A stretch of DNA of 64,000 bases. Source: a virus. The stretch lies in IMG/VR virus record IMGVR_UViG_3300030419_007131, positions 101,066-165,065 of that record, one strand, 5' to 3'. The translations under genes were made by a program, and so were the position numbers. Below the pieces are notes generated by a model, which saw nothing but the letters and a program-made list of their open reading frames with translations, was not told the DNA's origin and made no database searches. Shown here piece by piece: positions 1 through 8,625 of this stretch; the first letter of the stretch is position 1; every line of letters begins with the position of its first letter.

Positions 1-145
1 CCGCACTATCTGTTTTAATCGAGGCGTCAGATGTGTATTTTTTGGTCTTAAGCTTCAATCTATAAACGTCAGCAATCTCTTCCTTGAAAGGAATATTTAC
101 TGGATAAGAGAGATACTCTTTAAAATAGTTGAAGTTGGTTGCCAT
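1..145 (-). CDS. 5' part of a hypothetical protein, truncated by the window edge
   Basis: ATG at 145, 1 nt after the previous stop; frame MATNFNYFKEYLSYPVNIPF... stays open to position 1. Confidence 0.6.
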   Translation of the reverse strand, partial: MATNFNYFKEYLSYPVNIPFKEEIADVYRLKLKTKKYTSDASIKTDSA

Positions 146-146
146 A

Positions 147-1166
147 TTAGTTGGTAATATTATATTTGCTTAATATAAACTTTCCTTTGCAGCCATCAGC
201 CGCCTCAGAGCCTCCGGGCGTTTCCAAATAATTAAGTTGTACCGAGTTCATTTTTTGCATTTGAGTATTCAGCTGCAATTCAACATTTGTTAACTTGTTG
301 ATCATCGACTCAATACCGTCGGGCATCAGACCCTCAAAGTCGGGTGAGGTTAGTTGGCCGTAGAAAGGGGAGCGATGAGTGTGTTTAATCAAGGCCTGAG
401 TTAGGGCCCGATCTTCCACAACAAAGTTCTTAAACAGCTCCCTTAAATCATTGATGTTGTCTATTATCTCTTCCAAACAATCCTTAAGATTGCCACCCTT
501 CACCATAGGCTGTAAGTCTGAATCATCATTCATAGCCACCAGTTGTATACCATAATCGCCGGTATAAGCGCCCGTGAGGCTTCCCCCTTGAGAATTCTGG
601 GCGTCGGTTCTGGTTATTAGTTTTATGTTTTCGCGGCCGACGATACGGACCACGTCTGCTTTTAGGGCAACAGCACTTTTCGGTGAATCAATCGATGTTG
701 ATCGGATGCCTTCGGTTATATCGAGATAATCATCTATATCTGCTTTCTGAGATATATACACTCGCGCGGCGTCGTGGGTGAAACTGGGATCCACATTTAT
801 CTCTTCATTCTTTTTCGTGTGGCTTTTCCCGTACACACCCATTTGTCCTGCAACTAAATCAATTGCCGCAGCATGTGTCTGGTTGGTGCCCCCGGTACCG
901 GAATATATATTGTCCTTACGGTCGCGCTGGAGTCTAATAAGACATCCCTGGCCTTCAATCTGCGCGTCGCCCGGGCGAGAGACGGGTTTAGGCGTATCGT
1001 ACGGGTGGCCCACTCTCTGACTCGTTCCCAACCCATTGCTCTCGGCCTTTCCTTTCGCATCCTTAGAGTCGTACAATTTCTTATCAACATCCGACATAAG
1101 GTCAGTGTTAATCGCTTTACCGGTTCCTGCGCTAGATTTTTCGTCTTTTAAATCAATTTCAGACAC
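147..1166 (-). CDS. putative baseplate hub/central spike-like structural protein
   Basis: 339 aa; beta-rich middle (DAARVYISQK...SAVALKADVVRIVGRENIKL), coiled coil, then an HxH motif (KHTH) as in gp5/gpV spike tips. Confidence 0.5.
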   Translation of the reverse strand: MSEIDLKDEKSSAGTGKAINTDLMSDVDKKLYDSKDAKGKAESNGLGTSQRVGHPYDTPKPVSRPGDAQIEGQGCLIRLQRDRKDNIYSGTGGTNQTHAAAIDLVAGQMGVYGKSHTKKNEEINVDPSFTHDAARVYISQKADIDDYLDITEGIRSTSIDSPKSAVALKADVVRIVGRENIKLITRTDAQNSQGGSLTGAYTGDYGIQLVAMNDDSDLQPMVKGGNLKDCLEEIIDNINDLRELFKNFVVEDRALTQALIKHTHRSPFYGQLTSPDFEGLMPDGIESMINKLTNVELQLNTQMQKMNSVQLNYLETPGGSEAADGCKGKFILSKYNITN

Positions 1167-1194
1167 TTACTTTCTCTCCTTTCTCAACGGGCCC

Positions 1195-2361
1195 TTATAC
1201 AGTAAAGGTATCCGCCGGTGATGTCCCAGAACGATTGGCCCCGAACCTATGATTGCGGGTATGATCAGTTTCTCCCACCGACCAATGCCAGTATTCATTT
1301 GAAATTCGTCGCAGGCCGGCATCATATAACGCCTGATAAATAGGCCCGTGAGCCAATATATCTGCTCTTTGAGTTGGGTTCTGGGCGATATCGAGGGCTT
1401 GTCCGTGAGTATGATAGCCTTTACACGGATGTGCCAGGTCGCCTGCTTTAACTTGTCCTGGCTGACCCTTTGTCATGTAGGCCTGCTTTTGAACTTGATA
1501 CGAGCGATAAGAATCACCAATGATCAACTCTATGCCTTGTCTTTGCAAATCTAAATACGCAGTTTCAACTTTCCTAACAAACGACTCTTTTCCTCTAATA
1601 TAGCCCCCATACGCATTCGGAACAATCGCAGACTTCACAATAGGCTCATTAAGAATCCCCTGAGGCGGATTCATACCGGTTCTAGAGTCGGAGCACCCCT
1701 CTGCTGTAGCTGGGACTAGGCGCCCGCGGGAATCAATCTGATCATCCACATTGCTAGAGTCACGGCCTGGGGAAACCCACGGAGGGCCAGATGCATGAAC
1801 CGAGGAAGCGTTTTCTTCATCTTGTGCGAGATCAATTACTTTACCAACTTTAACAATCAGAGGGTTGTGTAAAGTCTTGAAGTTTTCAAATACGACAGTC
1901 ACAAGCTGTCCATAACTAAGTTGTTTTGGGCTTTGCTCGGGATGCCGGACAAGCTGATAAGTCTGGATCACGGGGTCGGTGGGGCTTCTTGGCGCGGGGC
2001 GAGGCTCTATCTCTGGAATAAACACATAATATGCCGTCTCATTACCGTCACTTAACATGTTCTTAAAGATATCTGCCACGCGGCTGAACAGATTCATTTT
2101 GGCATAGCTGTCTAGCCAGGTTTCTTTATTGCCCAATACTATACTAGGAACCTCCTTAGATCCTACTACAATCCCATCATATTGATTAATTTTTTCCAGA
2201 GCGCTGGGGCTGACTGTGTGGTATGTGGCGCGGCGCAACCATTCAATATTGGTTGTGCGGCGAACGTCGCCGGCGCCATCTATGGAGGTGTCGGCCGTAT
2301 CGTTTAAGGTACCCTGCTTAAGTTTATCTAAGCTTAGTTTGGACCCCGAATCAGCAGACAT
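1195..2361 (-). CDS. protein with C-terminal M15 (VanY-like) Zn peptidase, probable virion-associated lysin
   Basis: SYRSYQVQ...H-x6-D (YHTHGQALDI)...EYWHW are M15 motifs; lies next to the spike-like gene. Confidence 0.75.
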   Translation of the reverse strand: MSADSGSKLSLDKLKQGTLNDTADTSIDGAGDVRRTTNIEWLRRATYHTVSPSALEKINQYDGIVVGSKEVPSIVLGNKETWLDSYAKMNLFSRVADIFKNMLSDGNETAYYVFIPEIEPRPAPRSPTDPVIQTYQLVRHPEQSPKQLSYGQLVTVVFENFKTLHNPLIVKVGKVIDLAQDEENASSVHASGPPWVSPGRDSSNVDDQIDSRGRLVPATAEGCSDSRTGMNPPQGILNEPIVKSAIVPNAYGGYIRGKESFVRKVETAYLDLQRQGIELIIGDSYRSYQVQKQAYMTKGQPGQVKAGDLAHPCKGYHTHGQALDIAQNPTQRADILAHGPIYQALYDAGLRRISNEYWHWSVGETDHTRNHRFGANRSGTSPADTFTV

Positions 2362-2362
2362 A

Positions 2363-2668
2363 TCAGCCGTCTTCCTCGGTATTTAATAAATCATAAAGCT
2401 GTTCTTTATCATCAGCCGTGAGACCAAACTTAGTGTTTGTCTGTTTTTGAAGCAGCCCGGTAAGCTTAACGAGTTGTTCGTTGGAACGCTGGAGGTTTTC
2501 GACGTATTTGGCTGCTATGGGGCCCAGCTCTTTGCGCGCGGCGTCCGACAGTTTCATGTCGTTGATAGCATCTAAAAGCAGAGCTTTGGCCATGGCACGG
2601 TCCTCGCGTATATTCGTTGTTGTTTCTTCTATGTAATCATCAAGATTTAAATTTCGCCGTTTTCCCAT
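2363..2668 (-). CDS. hypothetical coiled-coil protein
   Basis: 101 aa ORF tightly packed in the operon. Confidence 0.6.
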   Translation of the reverse strand: MGKRRNLNLDDYIEETTTNIREDRAMAKALLLDAINDMKLSDAARKELGPIAAKYVENLQRSNEQLVKLTGLLQKQTNTKFGLTADDKEQLYDLLNTEEDG

Positions 2669-3342
2669 TTTCCTTTAAATACCCTATACCTTTTTCTGAG
2701 TTTGTTAAGATTATTGACAACCTGCTTAGTGTTTAGTCCTGTGATTTCTCTCAAGTATAAGTAAATAGCTTTTTTATTAAAAATTTCTATGGTATCGGCT
2801 GAGTCCATGAGTATTCGTACAGCCATCAAAACCTTTTTTTCATTTTCTTTTAACATGAAAGAATCCCAGGTGTCAATTTCTCTGTATAGCGAACTCCAAA
2901 ACTCGACTTCAGTTCTTTTCTGTTCATATGTGGGGTCCGCAGAAACCAAGTCTTCTTCGAGTTCGTTTAAAACGTCCTCCATAAAAACCTCTGTCTGGTT
3001 CCGTTTTTGAGTTTTTTTAACTTTATGAATAAACCAGTTTTTGGTTACTACTGAAAAGTAGGAAAAGGCTTTTGATCCTTTGTCGGGATCATATTTGTTT
3101 AGAATAGTGGTGAGCCACACTTTGCAATCGTCTTTTAAATAATCTATGTTAGGCAGACTAGTAAATCTATATGTATAGATAATTTTGTCCACCATTTGAT
3201 CGAAAGCTGGCTGTATATACTCTATATAGAGTTTTGATCTTAACTCAAGATCGTTGCTACCGGCATATTTAACGATGGCATCTTCATGAATTTTAGTAAA
3301 ATAATGATTTTTAGTAGATTTCTTCTTTTTCCGTTGCGCCAT
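2647..3342 (-). CDS. phage sigma factor (sigma70 region 2; T4 gp55-like late sigma)
   Basis: DYLKDDCKVWL...KYDPDKGSKAFSYFSVVTKNWFI matches the region 2.2-2.4 pattern; C-terminal HTH-like segment. Confidence 0.75.
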   Translation of the reverse strand: MAQRKKKKSTKNHYFTKIHEDAIVKYAGSNDLELRSKLYIEYIQPAFDQMVDKIIYTYRFTSLPNIDYLKDDCKVWLTTILNKYDPDKGSKAFSYFSVVTKNWFIHKVKKTQKRNQTEVFMEDVLNELEEDLVSADPTYEQKRTEVEFWSSLYREIDTWDSFMLKENEKKVLMAVRILMDSADTIEIFNKKAIYLYLREITGLNTKQVVNNLNKLRKRYRVFKGKWENGEI

Positions 3343-3640
3343 CCAGTTCGTCCTCTAGTTCGTTGTCTAATGTATATTGAAAAATCTCTCGAAAACCTTC
3401 TATCTCGTCTGTCACCTCTCGTGTACGCACAACTAAGTTTTCTATCACAGGCTCGCCGTGGTAGCTGTCCATGCTGTACATGTCACTAACGAACACTTGA
3501 AATGCCTTCGTAGTTAAAAATAGGTCGGACAAGTTTTCAGATATAAAAAGAAACTTTCTTAACAGCTTAATCACATACCATATCAGCAGGCCATTCAAGA
3601 TAAGAGAGGATGCCATAATAATATAAACCCACATCATCAT
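3311..3640 (-). CDS. hypothetical membrane-anchored protein
   Basis: N-terminal hydrophobic helix; ATGA overlap with neighbour. Confidence 0.6.
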   Translation of the reverse strand: MMMWVYIIMASSLILNGLLIWYVIKLLRKFLFISENLSDLFLTTKAFQVFVSDMYSMDSYHGEPVIENLVVRTREVTDEIEGFREIFQYTLDNELEDELDGATEKEEIY

Positions 3641-3885
3641 CGTTCCTCATTTATTTCTTGTTTTTGGCGCGCAAGATCGCCCCGAGCATCCTGAATAAAT
3701 TCTTCTGTCAGGTCGCCCACGCGGCGTTTAGCTTCTTTTTTGACATTTGTACTAAACGTCGTTAGCAATTTAACGAGCGTGTCTTTTTCGTTACACTGTA
3801 TGCAATCTGCCGCACTTTCGTGCGACAGATGCTGAATTGTTAATATCTCATTGCAGTGGCCACATTTATATTGGTAGCGTGGCAC
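3637..3885 (-). CDS. FmdB-family zinc-ribbon protein
   Basis: MPRYQYKCGHC...CIQC. Confidence 0.8.
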   Translation of the reverse strand: MPRYQYKCGHCNEILTIQHLSHESAADCIQCNEKDTLVKLLTTFSTNVKKEAKRRVGDLTEEFIQDARGDLARQKQEINEER

Positions 3886-3888
3886 GTG

Positions 3889-4059
3889 CTACCGCTTGGT
3901 CTCTAGCTGGACCAATCGCTCGTGAATACTGTTAAGGTGTGCTTCCAGGTCTCGTGCTTGTTGTTGCACAGCCTCGCGAACCATATCTTCTGCGATTTCG
4001 CGAGCGCGGCCTTCGGTCACCGAACGCTTCTCATTCTTTGTAGTTTTTCTAGTCGGCAT
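3889..4059 (-). CDS. small hypothetical protein (56 aa, not in the ORF track)
   Basis: Translated by hand: MPTRKTTKNEKRSVTEGRAREIAEDMVREAV...LETKR*; GAGGAG upstream; fills the gap between genes. Confidence 0.65.
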   Translation of the reverse strand: MPTRKTTKNEKRSVTEGRAREIAEDMVREAVQQQARDLEAHLNSIHERLVQLETKR

Positions 4060-4279
4060 CATTATTCTCCTCTCTCAAAAATTCAACCTCTTCATCAAGA
4101 GTTACTCCCTCAAAAGAGACAACCGGCGGATTAGTAACCACCAGTGTGGAGTGACTTTGATCATCAGGGGCAACCTGAAAATTCATTTCTTTCAACATTG
4201 GAACAATGTCACTCTGCTCCATTAATGACTTCTGAAGGGCCATCATTAGTGCCCCTACGGCTTGATCTGTTAATTTCAT
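4049..4279 (-). CDS. hypothetical protein
   Basis: 76 aa, AGGAG SD. Confidence 0.6.
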   Translation of the reverse strand: MKLTDQAVGALMMALQKSLMEQSDIVPMLKEMNFQVAPDDQSHSTLVVTNPPVVSFEGVTLDEEVEFLREENNDAD

Positions 4280-4292
4280 AGTTTCCTCTCCT

Positions 4293-5243
4293 TTACCAAT
4301 GAAAATTTTCCTTATAATAATCTACAATTGCGCCAATTTCATCATCAAAAATCTTTTGCGGACTCCAACCTAAGCTTCGAAGTTTTTCATCATTTAATGA
4401 ATATCTAACGTCTTGGCCCGGTCGGCGGTAGTCTAAGTTGGTAAACTGTTCCAATTCTACCTCTTTCTCAAAGAAATGTTTAAGGATTTTTTTTACTGTT
4501 TCGACGTTTTTTTGTTCAAAACTTCCTGCCACATTGTAAATTTCATTTCGTGCGCCGCTTTCAATAATAGTTGTTACGGCGGTTGCGGTATCCGAGGCAT
4601 GAAGCCAGTTCCTCACTGGCTCGCCTCGATCATGAAGACGTATTTTCTTGCCTCGCTGTAGCAACTTAATGCTTAGCGGAACAAGTTTCTCTGCATGCTG
4701 ATATACTCCATAATTATTGGTGGGACGTAAAATAATATACTCTAAAGCATATGTTCTAGCCCATGCCTTGATTAGCATATCGGACGCGGCCTTAGACGCC
4801 GAATATGGATTGCTCGGCTTCAGTACGTCTCTCTCAGTATGAGACCCCTCCGCAATATCTCCATACACCTCATCTGTACTGAAGTGGAAAAAGACCGGGG
4901 CCTCACAAACATTTGTAGGCTTATACCTAATGATATCTAATAAATTTTTTACCCCATTCACGTTCGTGTGAAGGAAGTCGTCACTGTCTATAATACTGTT
5001 TCCCACATGTGTTTCTGCGGCAATATTAATAACATAGTCACAATCGGGAAGACTCGTTAGGGTTGCAATGTCCTCGTTTTTAAAAGTGAAGCGAGGGTGC
5101 GCCTCAAAATCGGCCAATAAATGAAGGTTTGCGGCGTAGGTGCACTTATCGATTCCATAAACGCGCCAGCCCTTGTCCAAGCAAGCGCGAGTCACATAAG
5201 ACCCGATAAACCCTAAACATCCCGTTATTACGACGAGCTTCAT
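4293..5243 (-). CDS. rfbB: dTDP-glucose 4,6-dehydratase
   Basis: TGCLGFIG, AAETHV, STDEVYG, PYSASK, NNYG, RPGQDVRY. Confidence 0.9.
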   Translation of the reverse strand: MKLVVITGCLGFIGSYVTRACLDKGWRVYGIDKCTYAANLHLLADFEAHPRFTFKNEDIATLTSLPDCDYVINIAAETHVGNSIIDSDDFLHTNVNGVKNLLDIIRYKPTNVCEAPVFFHFSTDEVYGDIAEGSHTERDVLKPSNPYSASKAASDMLIKAWARTYALEYIILRPTNNYGVYQHAEKLVPLSIKLLQRGKKIRLHDRGEPVRNWLHASDTATAVTTIIESGARNEIYNVAGSFEQKNVETVKKILKHFFEKEVELEQFTNLDYRRPGQDVRYSLNDEKLRSLGWSPQKIFDDEIGAIVDYYKENFHW

Positions 5244-5600
5244 CTAATCACCTTTAATAACTCTATGGCTATCGCTATCGAAATGCTGAGTTGAAAACTC
5301 GAACAACTCGGTGTCTTCTAGCGCAATCATCTGGTGCCTAAGGCCGCGTTGAACATGAAAATTGTCTCCGCGACTTAACACAATCTCATTAGCGTTGTCC
5401 AGATCGTCTTGGTCCGAATATTTAAGCAAGATTTTTCCCGACTGAATGTAAAATACTTCGTCTTTTATCACGTGATAATGCCATGAACATCTCTTGCCTT
5501 TTACAAAATACAGCAACTTCCCACAATACTCACTGCAATTTACGATCCACTTTTCAAAGCCCCATCCTTTGGGCACAAATTTAATCGGTAAAGAACTCAT
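5244..5600 (-). CDS. cupin-family sugar isomerase-like protein
   Basis: KGWGFE...CSWHYH...KDEVFY...H cupin motif. Confidence 0.8.
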   Translation of the reverse strand: MSSLPIKFVPKGWGFEKWIVNCSEYCGKLLYFVKGKRCSWHYHVIKDEVFYIQSGKILLKYSDQDDLDNANEIVLSRGDNFHVQRGLRHQMIALEDTELFEFSTQHFDSDSHRVIKGD

Positions 5601-5901
5601 TATCATTTATTCCTTTATCGTCAACATACACATCTCCGGACGGCTTGCCCAAAAATAGGGAATGGTACTTGACACCCCATTCTGCTAGCTGCTTCTGTGT
5701 CACATCAAAGAACTTAGCATACGCGTAAGCTTCGGAGTTGCCGCTGCGTCCCATGCCTCGTGCCGTTTGAAATATAATTGTGTGCCCCTCGTCATAAAGT
5801 TGGTTAACCTTTTCGATCCTGTCAGTCAAAGGGGTAGAGTTCTCGTAGTCGCTGTTGGCATTATCACAGATTGTGCCGTCAATATCAAATACATATACCA
5901 T
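5581..5901 (-). CDS. small HAD-family phosphatase (capsule-biosynthesis type)
   Basis: FDIDGT, TARG, GKP, YVDDK. Confidence 0.85.
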   Translation of the reverse strand: MVYVFDIDGTICDNANSDYENSTPLTDRIEKVNQLYDEGHTIIFQTARGMGRSGNSEAYAYAKFFDVTQKQLAEWGVKYHSLFLGKPSGDVYVDDKGINDNEFFTD

Positions 5902-6290
5902 TACATGGTCTCCAAAATGCGCGTGGTAGAATATCCCTCAACAAACTGAAATATCCTCACCGATGCTAGGTCGCTCCCAACCACTTGATCTGCTGTATAA
6001 TCGCCACCTTTGACTATTATATCAGGTTCCACTTGCTTTATTAACTCGTACGGAGTATTCTCGTCGAACACCTCTACTCTGTCCACATAGCGACAGCCTT
6101 CAAGCATTACCTTACGGTCTTCAACATTGAAGAAGGGTCGACTGGGGCCTTTAAGTCTTCGGACGCTGTCGTCACTATTTAAACCCACAACTACAGTCCC
6201 CAGTGATTTGCAATATTTAAGCAACTCCATGTGTCCTCGGTGCAATATATCAAAACACCCATTCGTAAAGATTAGTTTAGTAGTTGGCAT
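5901..6290 (-). CDS. rfaE2: HldE/RfaE domain II-like sugar-1-phosphate nucleotidyltransferase
   Basis: FTNGCFDILHRGH, GLNSDDSVRRLKG, VKGGDY, YSTT. Confidence 0.9.
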   Translation of the reverse strand: MPTTKLIFTNGCFDILHRGHMELLKYCKSLGTVVVGLNSDDSVRRLKGPSRPFFNVEDRKVMLEGCRYVDRVEVFDENTPYELIKQVEPDIIVKGGDYTADQVVGSDLASVRIFQFVEGYSTTRILETM

Positions 6291-7203
6291 ACCAGGGGCT
6301 CTCGATAATAGAATAGGTCGTTATCAGCTGTTTGATACCGTCATCCAAATCAAAAGCACAAGTATATCCCCTCGAATAAATCTTCTCACTACTCACAATA
6401 TAATCACGAGTATCAGGATCGCTAGTAAATTCCGCGCGAATTATTTCAAGTGGAAGGTGCTTCTGAATTGTCTCGGCGAGCTGCAACTTATTCATATTCA
6501 AAACATCATTGCCTACATTAAAGGTTTCCCCGGTACATGCATCCCAGTTATCGAGCACAAATTTGAACGCATTGCATACGTCATGAATATGCACATAATT
6601 CCTCATAAATTCGCACTCATAGAGCACCAGTACACGGTCTCGTAAAGTTCGTAACACAAAGTTATTAACGAGCAAATCGGTGCGCATGCGAGAAGATGGG
6701 CCGTAAACAGTCGCCAAACGGAACGTTACGCAGTTCACAGCGCTCCTGTAGGCGTTTTCAGCGTCAACCTTGGTTCTACCATACAGAGACACGGGATTGA
6801 GCGGAGATTCCTCTGTGCGGACTGTACCGTCTTCGCTGGTGCCATACCCTGAGTTGGTGCATGGATAGATCACCTTTTGCTCCGGAAGCTTGTTGTCGGC
6901 GATCCACTGATTAATCTCGTAGTTAATTTCTACAGCTGCCCGGGGATCCCGGTCGCAAAGTGGGAACCCAACCAATGCGGCCAAAGGAATGATGACATCG
7001 CAACCTTCCATGAGCTTTCCCAATAGCTCTCTATCACGGACGTCACCGCGCACAAAAGTAAAGTTGGGACTATTAGCGTACCTTAGTAAAGACGTGGCAT
7101 CGTACATTAAGTTATCGATTACCACCACTTCGTGATCATCAATAAAATAGTTCACCAATTCGCTACCAATATAGCCGGCTCCTCCAGTAATTAATATCTT
7201 CAT
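6277..7203 (-). CDS. NAD-dependent epimerase/dehydratase
   Basis: TGGAGYIG, YGRTK, RLATVYGPSSRMRTDL. Confidence 0.9.
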   Translation of the reverse strand: MKILITGGAGYIGSELVNYFIDDHEVVVIDNLMYDATSLLRYANSPNFTFVRGDVRDRELLGKLMEGCDVIIPLAALVGFPLCDRDPRAAVEINYEINQWIADNKLPEQKVIYPCTNSGYGTSEDGTVRTEESPLNPVSLYGRTKVDAENAYRSAVNCVTFRLATVYGPSSRMRTDLLVNNFVLRTLRDRVLVLYECEFMRNYVHIHDVCNAFKFVLDNWDACTGETFNVGNDVLNMNKLQLAETIQKHLPLEIIRAEFTSDPDTRDYIVSSEKIYSRGYTCAFDLDDGIKQLITTYSIIESPWYANY

Positions 7204-7204
7204 T

Positions 7205-7495
7205 TTACCACTCCAACTTTCCGGTTAATATATCTTTGAGCATTACCCAGTCGCATGCTTTTGCCCACAAAGGCTTAGAAAATGCGGCCGGCTCGTTCTT
7301 TTCAAAAAAGAAGTGTCCTGACCATGCGAACGGATAAACCACAAAAGGTGTCAGCAACAAAAGCGGCCATGATTTAAAAATGATTGCTGCAACCAAAGTT
7401 AATAGTGTAACGCACTGGCCCACTACATGCAATCGCCTACAAATAGGGTTTTGATGTAAAGTCAGATAATACTCGTAGTATTCTTTAAACGACAC
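7205..7495 (-). CDS. DUF962/Mpo1-like membrane protein
   Basis: YYLTLHQNPICRRLHVVG...AWSGHFFFEKNEPA; start moved to the GTG at 7495, which has an SD. Confidence 0.8.
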   Translation of the reverse strand: MSFKEYYEYYLTLHQNPICRRLHVVGQCVTLLTLVAAIIFKSWPLLLLTPFVVYPFAWSGHFFFEKNEPAAFSKPLWAKACDWVMLKDILTGKLEW

Positions 7496-8213
7496 CGACG
7501 CCCCTCCTTTGGACCACCTCTGTGGCACACTCGTTTGCAAAGACAATCGCTTGACGAATATCTTGGGTTTCCATATACTTGGCTACCAGGCCGGCCAAAA
7601 AAGTATCTCCTGCTCCTGACATATCTTTCACCTCTACGTTTTCCACCGGGAACCTCTCGCCCTGGTATTCACACCCTTTCTCTCTCAAAGTAATAATCAT
7701 GTTATCAGTGTTGTCAACCGTATGTTTCGTACGATTGAACTCATATTCATTAATTTTGATAAACTTGGCGCCGGTCGACCAGGGCCCTAGGATCTTTTTT
7801 GTGTCCATGAAAACAGTAGAATGATTTTGGCAAATAAAAGCAATATCCTCTTCGATCAAAAAGCCCTTATTATAGTCGGATATAACAATAGCATCATATT
7901 TTGAAAGAAGTTCTTTCGTTAAGCCCTCAACGCGCCGAACATCTTCCTCGCCCGTGTCAACGCGTAAAAACATGTAATTGGTTTGCTGGTCCACATACCT
8001 AGTTTTTTCGGTTTTCTCAGCGTTACTCATTAAATCACAGGCGGTCCCGAGTTGTTGGAGATTAGCTGCTACATTTGCCGCCATTCCTCCGTTGCTGCAG
8101 GTTTTCTTGGGAACGAAAACTGGTGCTGGGACGTCCGGACAAAGGCGCGTACACTCACCATATACAAATACATCAGTACATGCGTCCCCTATAACCAGCG
8201 TCTTGCTACTCAT
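7485..8213 (-). CDS. PfkB-family kinase (HldE/RfaE domain I-like)
   Basis: GGMAANVAANL, ISDYNKG, DMSGAGDTF. Confidence 0.9.
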   Translation of the reverse strand: MSSKTLVIGDACTDVFVYGECTRLCPDVPAPVFVPKKTCSNGGMAANVAANLQQLGTACDLMSNAEKTEKTRYVDQQTNYMFLRVDTGEEDVRRVEGLTKELLSKYDAIVISDYNKGFLIEEDIAFICQNHSTVFMDTKKILGPWSTGAKFIKINEYEFNRTKHTVDNTDNMIITLREKGCEYQGERFPVENVEVKDMSGAGDTFLAGLVAKYMETQDIRQAIVFANECATEVVQRRGVGVV

Positions 8214-8616
8214 CTTTCCAGCTAACTTCCCAATCCTTAAAATCGGCAGCTAAGCAGTCTATCTTATAGTCCTTTCTGCCGCCAACTATCTCTTGAATTT
8301 TATTTTTGGCAACGTTGCGGATACCATTTAGCCCATGGGTCAACTCTAGATTGTTGCCGTCTTTGATTCCTTTGCGGTAATTAGATTCATTGTGCCAAAT
8401 ATGAAGGTTCATTTGTGATAACACAACAATAGCACGAATAGTTTCGCCCGTAATGTTTTCGGAAGAATCCAATATCAATTGAACATCATGAACAATGTCC
8501 TTGATTTCCTGGGAATATTCCTCTTTGTGCTCGGGAATGAAAACTTCTTTAAGCTGTGCGATAGAAAGTCTATCAATCAGCTCTGCTAATGTGGGCAAAT
8601 ATTTTCTTTGACTCAT
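8206..8616 (-). CDS. hypothetical helical protein (DUF4254/DUF6165-like)
   Basis: TLAELIDRLSI...NLHIWHNE...RN pattern, often found in glycan clusters. Confidence 0.55.
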   Translation of the reverse strand: MSQRKYLPTLAELIDRLSIAQLKEVFIPEHKEEYSQEIKDIVHDVQLILDSSENITGETIRAIVVLSQMNLHIWHNESNYRKGIKDGNNLELTHGLNGIRNVAKNKIQEIVGGRKDYKIDCLAADFKDWEVSWKDE

Positions 8617-8625
8617 AATCTACCT

